Numbered from the stretch's first letter, positions 1-7,905 are shown. The stretch: DNA of 14,135 nucleotides from an uncultured Nitrospiraceae bacterium (GCA_963811165.1 CAWEQH010000006.1:1-14135); one strand, 5' to 3'. A program made the numbers and translations. The notes: generated by a model from the letters alone, not told the origin.

Positions 1-1
1 G

Positions 2-478
2 ACTATCGCCCACGCGGTCGAAAAAGAACTTCACGACCGGGGCATCAGGACCTATGTCCTCGACGGCGACAACGTCCGTCACGGCCTCAACGCCAACCTC
101 GGGTTCAACCCTGAGGACAGGAAAGAGAATATACGCAGGATCGGCGAGGTCGCGCGATTGATGGCCGATGCCGGCGTGCTCACCTTTGCCGCCTTTATCT
201 CCCCTTACAGGGAAGACAGGGACGCGGTCAGAAGGCTCTTTAAGGACGACAATTTTATTGAGATATACGTGAAGTGCTCCGTTGATGAATGCGAGCGGCG
301 CGACCCGAAGGGCCAGTATAAAAAGGCGCGTGCCGGCATCATAAAAAACTACACAGGCATCTCCGCGCCCTATGAGGAGCCCGAGACTCCCGAACTCGTC
401 ATAGATACGGAGGAGATGGACCTGGAAGGATCGAAAAGATGCGTCATAGAGTATCTCTGCGAAAAGAAGATCATTTAA
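2..478 (+). CDS. cysC: Adenylyl-sulfate (APS) kinase, 5' end outside the window
   Basis: Frame is open from base 2: [35 protein letters not shown]...[19 protein letters not shown]...FISPYREDR...[44 protein letters not shown] and RDPKG.Y are characteristic APS kinase motifs. The ORF-track start at 158 is internal. Confidence 0.95.
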   Translation, partial: TIAHAVEKELHDRGIRTYVLDGDNVRHGLNANLGFNPEDRKENIRRIGEVARLMADAGVLTFAAFISPYREDRDAVRRLFKDDNFIEIYVKCSVDECERRDPKGQYKKARAGIIKNYTGISAPYEEPETPELVIDTEEMDLEGSKRCVIEYLCEKKII

Positions 479-482
479 AAAC

Positions 483-498
483 AGTGAATAGTGAAAAG
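483..498. repeat. 7-bp tandem repeat AGTGAAT AGTGAAA AG
   Basis: Read directly, just after the cysC stop. Its reverse complement (ATTCACT) matches the ATTCACG/ATTCACA units inside manC. Confidence 0.5.
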
Positions 499-547
499 CT
501 GTCAACGACAGTGCGTAGTTAAAATACTGAACGCTCAATGCCAAATA

Positions 548-1411
548 ATGAATTTGACTGCTGAACAGGAGAACGAACAATGGACCTCGGTCATCCGCTC
601 CCGGACCAGGTGGTTCGATCTGAACTTGCCCGAGCTTTGGAAGTACCGGGACCTGATCATGCTCTTTGTGAGGAGAGACTTCGTCGCGATTTACAAGCAG
701 ACGGTCCTTGGTCCGCTGTGGTTCTTACTGCAGCCTCTTTTCTCGACCCTCGTCTTCACCGTCATCTTCGGACGGATCGCCCATATACCCACCGACGGCC
801 TGCCGCAGGTCGTCTTTTATATGGCGGGAATCGTCACCTGGAACTATTTTTCCTCATGCCTTACCAAGACCTCCGACACCTTTACCTCAAATGCCGTCAT
901 ATTCGGAAAGGTCTACTTCCCGAGGCTGGCGGTGCCTGTGTCCGCAGTGATAACGAACCTCCTGACCTTTGGGATCCAGTTCGTTCTGTTCCTTCTGTTC
1001 ATGGCCTTCTTTTCCCTTAAGGGCTCCGCAATCAGGCCGAATTACTGGGTCCTCCTGACCCCTTTGTTGCTGCTTCAGATGGCGGCGCTCGGCCTCGGTT
1101 TCGGGATACTGGTGTCGTCCCTCACCACAAAGTACAGGGACCTCACCTTCGTCGTAGGCTTCGGGGTCCAGCTCTGGATGTACGCAACCCCGGTCGTCTA
1201 TCCGATGTCCCAGATCCCCCGGAGATGGCAGTGGCTTTATACGCTCAATCCGATGGCGGCAGTCGTCGAGACCTTCCGCTTCGCCTTCCTCGGTGCAGGG
1301 TCTATCCAGGCGTGGCAGCTCGGCCTTAGCCTTCTCGTCACCTCGTTGGTGCTCCTCTTTGGGATCATACTCTTCAGCCGGATCGAAAAGACGTTTATGG
1401 ATACGGTCTGA
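548..1411 (+). CDS. wzm: ABC-2 polysaccharide/O-antigen exporter permease (Wzm/RfbA family)
   Basis: ELWKYRDLIMLFVRRDFVAIYKQTVLGPLW, KVYFPRL, YRDL and YATPVVYP motifs; about 6 hydrophobic segments; upstream of a Wzt ATPase. ATG 548 is preferred over GTG 491, which lies in the repeat. Confidence 0.93.
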   Translation: MNLTAEQENEQWTSVIRSRTRWFDLNLPELWKYRDLIMLFVRRDFVAIYKQTVLGPLWFLLQPLFSTLVFTVIFGRIAHIPTDGLPQVVFYMAGIVTWNYFSSCLTKTSDTFTSNAVIFGKVYFPRLAVPVSAVITNLLTFGIQFVLFLLFMAFFSLKGSAIRPNYWVLLTPLLLLQMAALGLGFGILVSSLTTKYRDLTFVVGFGVQLWMYATPVVYPMSQIPRRWQWLYTLNPMAAVVETFRFAFLGAGSIQAWQLGLSLLVTSLVLLFGIILFSRIEKTFMDTV

Positions 1412-1441
1412 ATCAAAAAAACTGTTCTTGGATATGCGCGA

Positions 1442-1541
1442 AGTGCTTAGTGCTTTGTTGAGAGTATAAAAAGGACGAACAAAGAACAAAAGATATGAAA
1501 ATAACCAGATTCGAAGATATAGGGACTAGGGACCAGGAATG
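1442..1541. repeat. Cluster of 7-bp tandem repeats: AGTGCTT x2 (1442-1455), GAACAAA x2 (1477-1490), AGGGACT AGGGACC AGGAATG (1521-1541)
   Basis: Read directly. TGCTTTGTT (1451-1459) and AACAAAGAA (1478-1486) are also an imperfect inverted pair. Confidence 0.65.
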
Positions 1542-1545
1542 GTGA
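1495..1545 (+). pseudogene. 16-aa micro-ORF MKITRFEDIGTRDQEW*, probable 5' remnant of a four-helix-bundle (TIGR02436 / 23S rRNA IVP-like) gene
   Basis: MKITRFEDI resembles the typical N-terminus of this family (MKIxRFEDL/IxxWQ, recalled). The similarity stops where the AGGGACT heptamer array starts. Its TGA overlaps an in-frame GTG of wzt (GTGA, 1542-1545). Confidence 0.6.
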
Positions 1546-2903
1546 GCAACAGCGTTGTTATTCGTATAGAAAACCTCTCCAAGGAATACCGGCTCGGGAC
1601 TATCAGCCACGGCACGCTCCAGCGCGATCTTCAGAGCTGGTGGGCGAGGATACGGGGCAGGGAAGACCCTAACTCGATAATCGGCATAGAGCAAAGCGAA
1701 AGGAGCATAGCGCATAGAGCAAAGCGAAACGCACCGAACGCTATGCAAGAAAATCCCCATTTCCTCGCTCTCGACGACGTTTCCTTCGAGGTGCATCAGG
1801 GCGAGGTGCTCGGCATCATCGGCAGAAACGGCGCCGGCAAGTCGACGCTGTTAAAGATATTGTCCAAGGTGACAGCGCCGACACGCGGTATCGTCAAGAT
1901 AAAAGGGCGCATCGCAAGCCTTCTTGAGGTGGGCACAGGTTTTCACCCTGAGCTGACGGGCCGTGAGAATGTGCACCTCAACGGCGCCATCCTCGGCATG
2001 ACAAAAAAGGAGATCGCCTCGAAGTTCGATGAGATCGTCGCCTTCTCGGAGATCGAACAATTCATCGACACCCCGGTGAAGCGTTATTCCTCCGGCATGT
2101 ATGTGCGGCTCGCCTTCGCAGTGGCGGCCCACCTGGAGCCTGAGATACTGATTGTCGATGAGGTGCTTGCCGTGGGAGATGCGGCGTTCCAAAAAAAATG
2201 CCTGGGGAAAATGGGAGATGTCGCAAAGGAAGGAAGAACGGTGTTGTTCGTGAGTCATAATATGGATGCGGTACTGAGACTTTGCAAGGCAGCGCTGCTC
2301 CTTAATAGGGGAACTATCCAGGCTGAAGGCAGCACAGAGGATGTAATCAATGTGTATTTGAAAGAAAATGTCGGTTCATCAGCAACTAAGCGATGGGATT
2401 TTTCTAAAGCACCGGGCGACGAAATAGTAAAGCTCCTTGAAGTATATGTTCATGATGAAAACAGAGAAGTCAAGGACAATTATGATATCTCAAAACCTCT
2501 AGGCATAACAATGAAATATGAAGTTCTAAAGGGGGGGTATGTTCTGTCACCTGCTTTTAATTTCTTCAACAATTATGGCTTGAATATATTTGATTCTCAC
2601 GATACAACTCCTGACAGACGTAATATTCCCAAACAGCCGGGAGTATATGTCTCTACAGTCTGGCTACCCGGCAATTTGCTTTCCGAAGGAATAGTAATTG
2701 TTGGCGCAGCAATGGTAACACCAGGTCCGTTCATCGTTCATTTTCAGGAAAAAGATATAGTTGCATTTACTATTATCGATACTTTTCAGCAAATATCTGC
2801 CAGAGGTGAATATGTGGGTTCGTTCCCTGGGGTGATAAGGCCTCTATTAAAATGGGATATTGGGTTAGAGGCCAATGCAAGAGGAGCAGGCAATGGCCGT
2901 TGA
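1539..2903 (+). CDS. wzt: ABC polysaccharide exporter ATPase with C-terminal carbohydrate-binding domain (Wzt/RfbB family)
   Basis: Walker A GRNGAGKST, signature YSSGM, Walker B ILIVDEVLAVGD, H-loop VSHN, plus an extra ~180-aa beta-rich C-terminal domain. The start may be ATG 1539 or GTG 1542. Confidence 0.95.
   Translation: MVSNSVVIRIENLSKEYRLGTISHGTLQRDLQSWWARIRGREDPNSIIGIEQSERSIAHRAKRNAPNAMQENPHFLALDDVSFEVHQGEVLGIIGRNGAGKSTLLKILSKVTAPTRGIVKIKGRIASLLEVGTGFHPELTGRENVHLNGAILGMTKKEIASKFDEIVAFSEIEQFIDTPVKRYSSGMYVRLAFAVAAHLEPEILIVDEVLAVGDAAFQKKCLGKMGDVAKEGRTVLFVSHNMDAVLRLCKAALLLNRGTIQAEGSTEDVINVYLKENVGSSATKRWDFSKAPGDEIVKLLEVYVHDENREVKDNYDISKPLGITMKYEVLKGGYVLSPAFNFFNNYGLNIFDSHDTTPDRRNIPKQPGVYVSTVWLPGNLLSEGIVIVGAAMVTPGPFIVHFQEKDIVAFTIIDTFQQISARGEYVGSFPGVIRPLLKWDIGLEANARGAGNGR
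1684..1746. repeat. In-frame heptamer array in wzt: GCATAGA GCAAAGC GAAAGGA GCATAGC GCATAGA GCAAAGC
   Basis: Exact 18-bp direct repeat GCATAGAGCAAAGCGAAA at 1684-1701 and 1712-1729 (offset 28 = 4x7). CGCTATGC (1739-1746) is the reverse complement of GCATAGCG (1705-1712). Confidence 0.85.
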
Positions 2904-3019
2904 ATAAAAAGATGATGAACGTTGTCATGGGCTGGTCGGCCCTTGCCCGTCTGGAAAGCTACCGGCAATAATAATGGGCCGTGACTCGTTGGACGCAAGA
3001 AATGAATGGGTCTTGCGCC

Positions 3020-3050
3020 TTGGCACATTCAAACCCTTATACGTTATAAT
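3020..3050 (+). promoter_or_regulatory. Possible sigma70 promoter for the gmd-like gene
   Basis: TTGGCA (3020-3025), 19 nt, then a perfect TATAAT (3045-3050). The spacer is longer than optimal. Confidence 0.3.
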
Positions 3051-3099
3051 AGCTCTCGTTGGAGCGGGCGCAGTACTTTGATTGTTCTGCCTCTGTGTA

Positions 3100-4077
3100 A
3101 TGAAAATGCATAAAAAGAAAGCTCTTATTTGCGGCGTATCAGGACAGGATGGGGCGTATCTTGCCCGTCTTTTACTCAACAAGGGATACGAGGTCTACGG
3201 GACATCCCGGGACGCCCAGGTCTCTTCGTTTCGTGGTCTTGCGAGTCTCGGCATTCGCGATAAGGTCGTCCTGGACTCCATGGCGGTCAATGATTTCCGC
3301 AGCGTGCTTCAGACCCTGTCGAAGGTCGCGCCTGACGAAGTCTATAACCTTGCGGGACAGAGCTCTGTGGAGCTCTCTTTCCAGCAGCCGGTGGAGACGC
3401 TCGAAAGCATCAGCGTAGGGGTCCTTAACCTGCTTGAGGCGATCCGTTTTATCGGCCTGCCCATCAGGTTCTATAACGCAGGGTCGAGCGAATGTTTCGG
3501 AGACACCCTCGGAGCGGCGGCCGACGAGACCACCCCTTTTCATCCCCGGAGCCCATACGCAGTGGCCAAGGCCACGGCCTTCTGGGAACTGGCCAACTAC
3601 CGCGAGGCCTATGGCCTTTTTGCCCTTACCGGCATCCTCTTTAACCATGAATCTCCGCTAAGGCCCGAGCGCTTCGTCACAAAAAAAATCATTAAGACGG
3701 CCTGCCGGATCGCCTCGGGGAGCAATGAAAAGCTTCACCTCGGAAATATATCCATCGCCAGGGACTGGGGCTGGGCCCCTGAATACGTGGAAGCGATGTG
3801 GATGATGCTTCAGGAGCCGCAGCCCGAAGACTTCGTGATCGCTACCGGAGAGACACATCACCTGGAAGAATTTGTGGCGGAGGCCTTTACTTGTGTCGGA
3901 CTTAACTGGCGCGACCATGTGGTCACTGACCCTTCCCTTTACAGGCCGACCGAGATCTCAATAGGGAGAGGCAATCCTGCCAAGGCTGAGAAGGTCCTCG
4001 GCTGGAAGGCCCGGTACAAGATGCCTGACGTGGTCCGTATGATGATGGAGCATGAACTCACATCGACAAAAGGGTAA
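3100..4077 (+). CDS. GDP-mannose 4,6-dehydratase-like SDR enzyme (short, divergent paralog)
   Basis: [11 protein letters not shown]ossmann motif, YNLAGQSSV, AGSSECFG, PRSPYAVAK (YxxxK), [16 protein letters not shown] and RDWG. Start is ATG 3100 or 3106 rather than TTG 3082. Confidence 0.88.
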   Translation: MKMHKKKALICGVSGQDGAYLARLLLNKGYEVYGTSRDAQVSSFRGLASLGIRDKVVLDSMAVNDFRSVLQTLSKVAPDEVYNLAGQSSVELSFQQPVETLESISVGVLNLLEAIRFIGLPIRFYNAGSSECFGDTLGAAADETTPFHPRSPYAVAKATAFWELANYREAYGLFALTGILFNHESPLRPERFVTKKIIKTACRIASGSNEKLHLGNISIARDWGWAPEYVEAMWMMLQEPQPEDFVIATGETHHLEEFVAEAFTCVGLNWRDHVVTDPSLYRPTEISIGRGNPAKAEKVLGWKARYKMPDVVRMMMEHELTSTKG

Positions 4078-4096
4078 TTGTGGTATATATTTTTTG

Positions 4097-4225
4097 CTGT
4101 CATTCCCGCAAGAGAAGCGCGTCGGGAATCCAACCCCCCTCTACCCCCCTTATCAAGGGGGAAGGGGCAGACCCTCCCCTGATACGGGGAGGCAGGGAGG
4201 GTTATCGGACAAGCCGGAGTGACAG
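4097..4225. repeat. Nested REP-like palindromic element
   Basis: Outer arms CTGTCATTCC (4097-4106) / GGAGTGACAG (4216-4225); hairpin ATTCCCG/CGGGAAT (4102-4108/4123-4129). An inner unit AACCC...GGGTT (4132-4203) has hairpins CCCCCTT-ATC-AAGGGGG (4145-4161) and CCTCCCC-TGATAC-GGGGAGG (4173-4192). Confidence 0.85.
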
Positions 4226-4271
4226 AGCGAAAACAGTCACTTAAAAAGCATAACAACAAGGAGACGATATA

Positions 4272-5357
4272 ATGAAGACAGCTTTGATTACCGGCATTAC
4301 GGGACAGGATGGCGCCTATCTTGCTGAATTTCTTCTGGATAAGGGGTACGCGGTCCACGGGATAAAGCGGAGGGCGTCTCTTTTTAATACCGACAGGATC
4401 GACCATCTCTATAAAGACCCCCATGAAAGAGGGGTGAAGTTCAAGCTCCATTACGGGGACCTGACCGATGCGACGAACCTCATCCGCATTATCCAGGAAA
4501 CCAGACCTGACGAAATATATAACCTTGCCGCCCAGAGCCATGTCATGGTCTCTTTCGAGACTCCTGAGTACACTGCGAATGCCGACGCCCTCGGTGCCTT
4601 AAGGCTCCTTGAGGCGATCAGGATCCTGGGGCTTTCGCAAAAAACGCGTTTTTACCAGGCCTCCACTTCGGAATTGTACGGCAAGGCACAGGAGTCACCC
4701 CAGACGGAAAAAACCCCCTTTTATCCAAGGAGCCCTTACGGCGTTGCAAAACTCTATTCCTACTGGATCACGGTCAACTACCGCGAGGCCTACGACTTCT
4801 TCGCCTGTAACGGCATCCTCTTTAACCATGAGTCCCCTGTCCGCGGCGAAACCTTTGTGACCAGGAAGATCACCCGTGCGGTGGCGAGGATAAAACTCGG
4901 GCTGCAGGAGAAACTCTTTCTCGGCAACCTCAATGCAAAACGCGACTGGGGCCATGCAAAAGACTATATAGAGGCGCAATGGCTGATACTCCAGCAGGAC
5001 AAGCCGGATGATTATGTCATCGCAACCGGCAAGCAGCATTCCGTCAGAGAGTTCGTGGAGAGTTCGTTTCATGAGATCGGCATCGATATCGGCTGGAAAG
5101 GCGACGGCAGCGACGAAAAAGGATATGACAAGGGCACAGGGAATGTCATTGTCGAGATAGACAAGCGTTATTTCCGGCCGACCGAGGTGGAAACGCTCCT
5201 TGGGGACCCTTCAAAAGCAAAGGAGAAGCTCGGCTGGTCGCCGAAGGTCGGCTTCAAGGAGCTGGTCAGCGAGATGGTCCGTGAGGACCTCAAAGAGGCA
5301 GAGCGGGACCAGCTTTGTAAAAGGGAAGGGTTCCGGACGTTTAAGTATCATGAATAA
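4272..5357 (+). CDS. gmd: GDP-mannose 4,6-dehydratase
   Basis: Canonical sequence: [82 protein letters not shown]-like AAGGAG at 4258-4263. Confidence 0.97.
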   Translation: MKTALITGITGQDGAYLAEFLLDKGYAVHGIKRRASLFNTDRIDHLYKDPHERGVKFKLHYGDLTDATNLIRIIQETRPDEIYNLAAQSHVMVSFETPEYTANADALGALRLLEAIRILGLSQKTRFYQASTSELYGKAQESPQTEKTPFYPRSPYGVAKLYSYWITVNYREAYDFFACNGILFNHESPVRGETFVTRKITRAVARIKLGLQEKLFLGNLNAKRDWGHAKDYIEAQWLILQQDKPDDYVIATGKQHSVREFVESSFHEIGIDIGWKGDGSDEKGYDKGTGNVIVEIDKRYFRPTEVETLLGDPSKAKEKLGWSPKVGFKELVSEMVREDLKEAERDQLCKREGFRTFKYHE

Positions 5358-6279
5358 GTCCTCGAAAATCTACGTCGCCGGACACCGCGGGCTTGTCGGG
5401 ACGGCAATCTGCAGAAGGCTTGGATCTGAAGGATACCGCAACCTGGTTCTGAGGACCAGCAAGGAACTCGACCTCATCAGGCAGGCCGATGTTGAGGCCT
5501 TTTTTGAGAAGGAGAGGCCGGAATATGTCTTCCTTGCTGCGGCCAAGGTGGGGGGCATCTTCGCCAATGACACCTATCGCGCCGACTTCATTTACAACAA
5601 TATCATGATGGAGGCAAACGTAATCCATTCCTCCTGGCAGCATAGCGTAAAAAAACTTCTGTTCCTCGGAAGCTCATGCATCTACCCGAAGTTCTGCCCC
5701 CAGCCCATGAAGGAGGAATATCTCCTCACGGGGGAGCTCGAACCGACGAACGAGCCGTATGCGGTCGCAAAGATAGCGGGAATTAAGATGTGCCAGGCAT
5801 ATAACGCGCAGTATAAGACAAATTTTATTTCTGTGATGCCTACTAACCTTTACGGGCCGTTCGACAACTTCAACTTAGAGACGTCCCATGTCCTCCCCGC
5901 ACTCATTCGGAAGTTTCATGAGGCCAAAATGGAGAATAAATCCTCGGTTGCCATCTGGGGCACGGGTACCCCCCGGAGGGAATTCCTTTATATAGACGAC
6001 CTCGCAGAAGCCTGCGTCTTTCTTATGGAAAACTATGACGGCCCTGGGATCGTAAACATCGGCACAGGAGAAGACATTTCGATCGCCGATCTCGCAATGT
6101 TAGTCGGCGAGGTAGTAGGGTATAAAGGCGCCATCGTCTATGACAGCTCGAAACCGGACGGCACCCCCAGGAAACTCCTCGAGGTGTCAAGACTGCGCTC
6201 CCTCGGCTGGAAGGCAAAAACAGGCCTCAGGGAGGGAATCGCGAAGACATATGAGTGGTACTTGGAAAATAAAGGCTAA
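5350..6279 (+). CDS. fcl: GDP-L-fucose synthase (GDP-4-keto-6-deoxymannose epimerase/reductase)
   Basis: [61 protein letters not shown] and [11 protein letters not shown] 5350 overlaps the gmd stop (ATGAATAA); the ORF-track start at 5200 is over-extended. Confidence 0.96.
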   Translation: MNKSSKIYVAGHRGLVGTAICRRLGSEGYRNLVLRTSKELDLIRQADVEAFFEKERPEYVFLAAAKVGGIFANDTYRADFIYNNIMMEANVIHSSWQHSVKKLLFLGSSCIYPKFCPQPMKEEYLLTGELEPTNEPYAVAKIAGIKMCQAYNAQYKTNFISVMPTNLYGPFDNFNLETSHVLPALIRKFHEAKMENKSSVAIWGTGTPRREFLYIDDLAEACVFLMENYDGPGIVNIGTGEDISIADLAMLVGEVVGYKGAIVYDSSKPDGTPRKLLEVSRLRSLGWKAKTGLREGIAKTYEWYLENKG

Positions 6280-6340
6280 GGTTATGAAACTGAGGTCAAG
6301 GTTCAAGGAATACATTCTCGGCCTCGATCTGAACCTGGGT
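6272..6340. repeat. 6-bp degenerate arrays in inverted arrangement: AAGGCT AAGGTT ... GAGGTC AAGGTT, then CTCGGC CTCGAT CTGAAC CTGGGT
   Basis: Read directly at the fcl 3' end and intergenic region. AGGTTCA (6299-6305) can pair with TGAACCT (6330-6336). Confidence 0.55.
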
Positions 6341-6383
6341 CCGTTGGCCTAGCAATATATTTTAGTAACCCGGAGGGAATTCA

Positions 6384-7886
6384 ATGAAGGCCATCATCCT
6401 TGCAGGCGGAAGCGGGACGCGTCTCTGGCCCCTTTCGAGAAAGAACTACCCGAAGCAGTTTTTGAAAATCAACAGCTGCACCGAGGGGGCCGGTTGCGCC
6501 TTTGACAGGGGGTCCCTTATCCAACAGACGGTTACACGACTCCTGAAAGCCCTCAGTCCCCAAGACGTCCTGATCATGACCAACGACGAATATAAGTTCC
6601 ATGTGAAGACTGATCTCGATTCCCTGTCTGAAGACGTGTCGGGCAATATCGTTTTAGAACCCTTCAAGAAAAACACCGCCCCTGCCATCGCCCTTGCTCT
6701 TAGATACTGCGTAGACAAGCTCGGTTGTGGTGACGACGAGGTCGTTTTCATCTCTCCTTCGGACCATATAATCGAGCCCGAGCCAAAATTCATTCAGTAC
6801 CTTGGAGCAGCGGAGAAAGCGGCAAAACAGGGAGTTATCGTAACCTTCGGGATAAAACCGCTCTATCCTGAAACGGGATACGGGTATATAAAATGCAAAG
6901 AGCAAAAAGCACCAATCAGTCAGCGTTCTGCCGTCGGCGATCAGCTGCCGGATGTCGATTCACGATTCACAATTCACGATTCAGCTGGTTCTGAACCATA
7001 TCTCGAAGTGGAGAGGTTCGTCGAAAAACCTGACGCACTAACGGCAAAAAAGTATCTGAAGGACGGGGGATATTACTGGAATTCCGGGATGTTTGCTTTC
7101 ACGATCGGGACGATGATAAAGGAGTTTCGGAGGCATGCCCCCGAGATAGCGGCACTCTATGACTCAGGGTATGACAATATGGTTTCGTCTTTCGAAGAGA
7201 TGCCGGACATATCGATCGATTACGCGGTGATGGAGCGGGCGGACACTGTGGTCACCATGCCGATGGACATCAAATGGAACGACGTGGGCTCCTGGGACTC
7301 CATGTTCGAAGTCTTCCCCAAAGACCAGGCAGGGAATGTAAAGATCGGGGACGTGATTTCGCACGATACGAAGAACACGCTGATAATAAGCGACAAGAGG
7401 CTGATCGCCGCGGTAGGACTCGAGAACCTGCTCGTCGTCGAGACGGACGATGCCATACTCATCGCAAAGCGCGGCGATGCGCAGAAGGTAAAGCATATTG
7501 TCGAAACACTGAGCGCGGAGGGACGGAGGGAGGCGTCGGAGCACACCACGACCTACAGGCCCTGGGGCAGTTATACCATTTTAGAGGACGGGCAGCGGTA
7601 CAAAATCAAGAGGATAGTGGTAAACAAGGGGGAAAAACTCAGCCTCCAGATGCACCTTCACAGAAGCGAACACTGGGTGGTAATCAAGGGGACGGCCCGG
7701 GTGACTATCGGGGATGAGCTTAAGTTCGTGCACGAAAATGAGAGCATCTACATCCCCAAGTCGACACTTCACCGTCTCGAAAATCCGGGCAAGGTCCCTC
7801 TTGAGATCATCGAGGTCCAAAACGGAGAATACGTCGAGGAAGACGACATCATACGGGTGGACGATATCTATGGAAGAAAGAAATAG
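6384..7886 (+). CDS. manC: Mannose-1-phosphate guanylyltransferase / mannose-6-phosphate isomerase (bifunctional)
   Basis: ILAGGSGTRLWPLSR..YPKQF, NTAPAI, PSDH, ETGYGYI, FVEKP, WNSGMF, SIDYAVME and WNDVGSW; C-terminal cupin RPWGSY...SLQMHLHRSEHW...HRLENPG...EVQNG. SD-like GGAGGG upstream. Confidence 0.96.
   Translation: MKAIILAGGSGTRLWPLSRKNYPKQFLKINSCTEGAGCAFDRGSLIQQTVTRLLKALSPQDVLIMTNDEYKFHVKTDLDSLSEDVSGNIVLEPFKKNTAPAIALALRYCVDKLGCGDDEVVFISPSDHIIEPEPKFIQYLGAAEKAAKQGVIVTFGIKPLYPETGYGYIKCKEQKAPISQRSAVGDQLPDVDSRFTIHDSAGSEPYLEVERFVEKPDALTAKKYLKDGGYYWNSGMFAFTIGTMIKEFRRHAPEIAALYDSGYDNMVSSFEEMPDISIDYAVMERADTVVTMPMDIKWNDVGSWDSMFEVFPKDQAGNVKIGDVISHDTKNTLIISDKRLIAAVGLENLLVVETDDAILIAKRGDAQKVKHIVETLSAEGRREASEHTTTYRPWGSYTILEDGQRYKIKRIVVNKGEKLSLQMHLHRSEHWVVIKGTARVTIGDELKFVHENESIYIPKSTLHRLENPGKVPLEIIEVQNGEYVEEDDIIRVDDIYGRKK
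6895..6984. repeat. In-frame composite heptamer arrays in manC
   Basis: GCAAAGA GCAAAAA (6895-6908); TCAGCGT TCTGCCG TCGGCGA TCAGCTG (6920-6947); GATTCAC GATTCAC AATTCAC GATTCAG (6957-6984). Translates within KEQKAPISQRSAVGDQLPDVDSRFTIHDS. Confidence 0.85.
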
Positions 7887-7905
7887 AGAGAGTCAAATCG
7901 GTGAC

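Noticed and set aside
491..547. N-terminal extension of Wzm from GTG 491
   Set aside because: Starts inside a repeat, is Cys-rich and unlike Wzm; ATG 548 fits better.
1684..1729. 18-bp direct repeats as a mini-CRISPR
   Set aside because: Two copies, 10-nt spacer that is itself repeat-like, inside a CDS, no cas genes.
2531..2537. G7 tract in wzt (and A8 tracts at 2191-2198 and 3681-3688) as phase-variation sites
   Set aside because: Short, in frame and explained by Gly/Lys codons.
3939..4541. 200-aa minus-strand ORF
   Set aside because: Antisense to both gmd genes; its middle (PLDKGGRGG...SLAGMT) is the palindromic repeat read through.
5200..5349. N-terminal extension of Fcl
   Set aside because: Overlaps gmd by 150 nt; family similarity starts at Met 5350.
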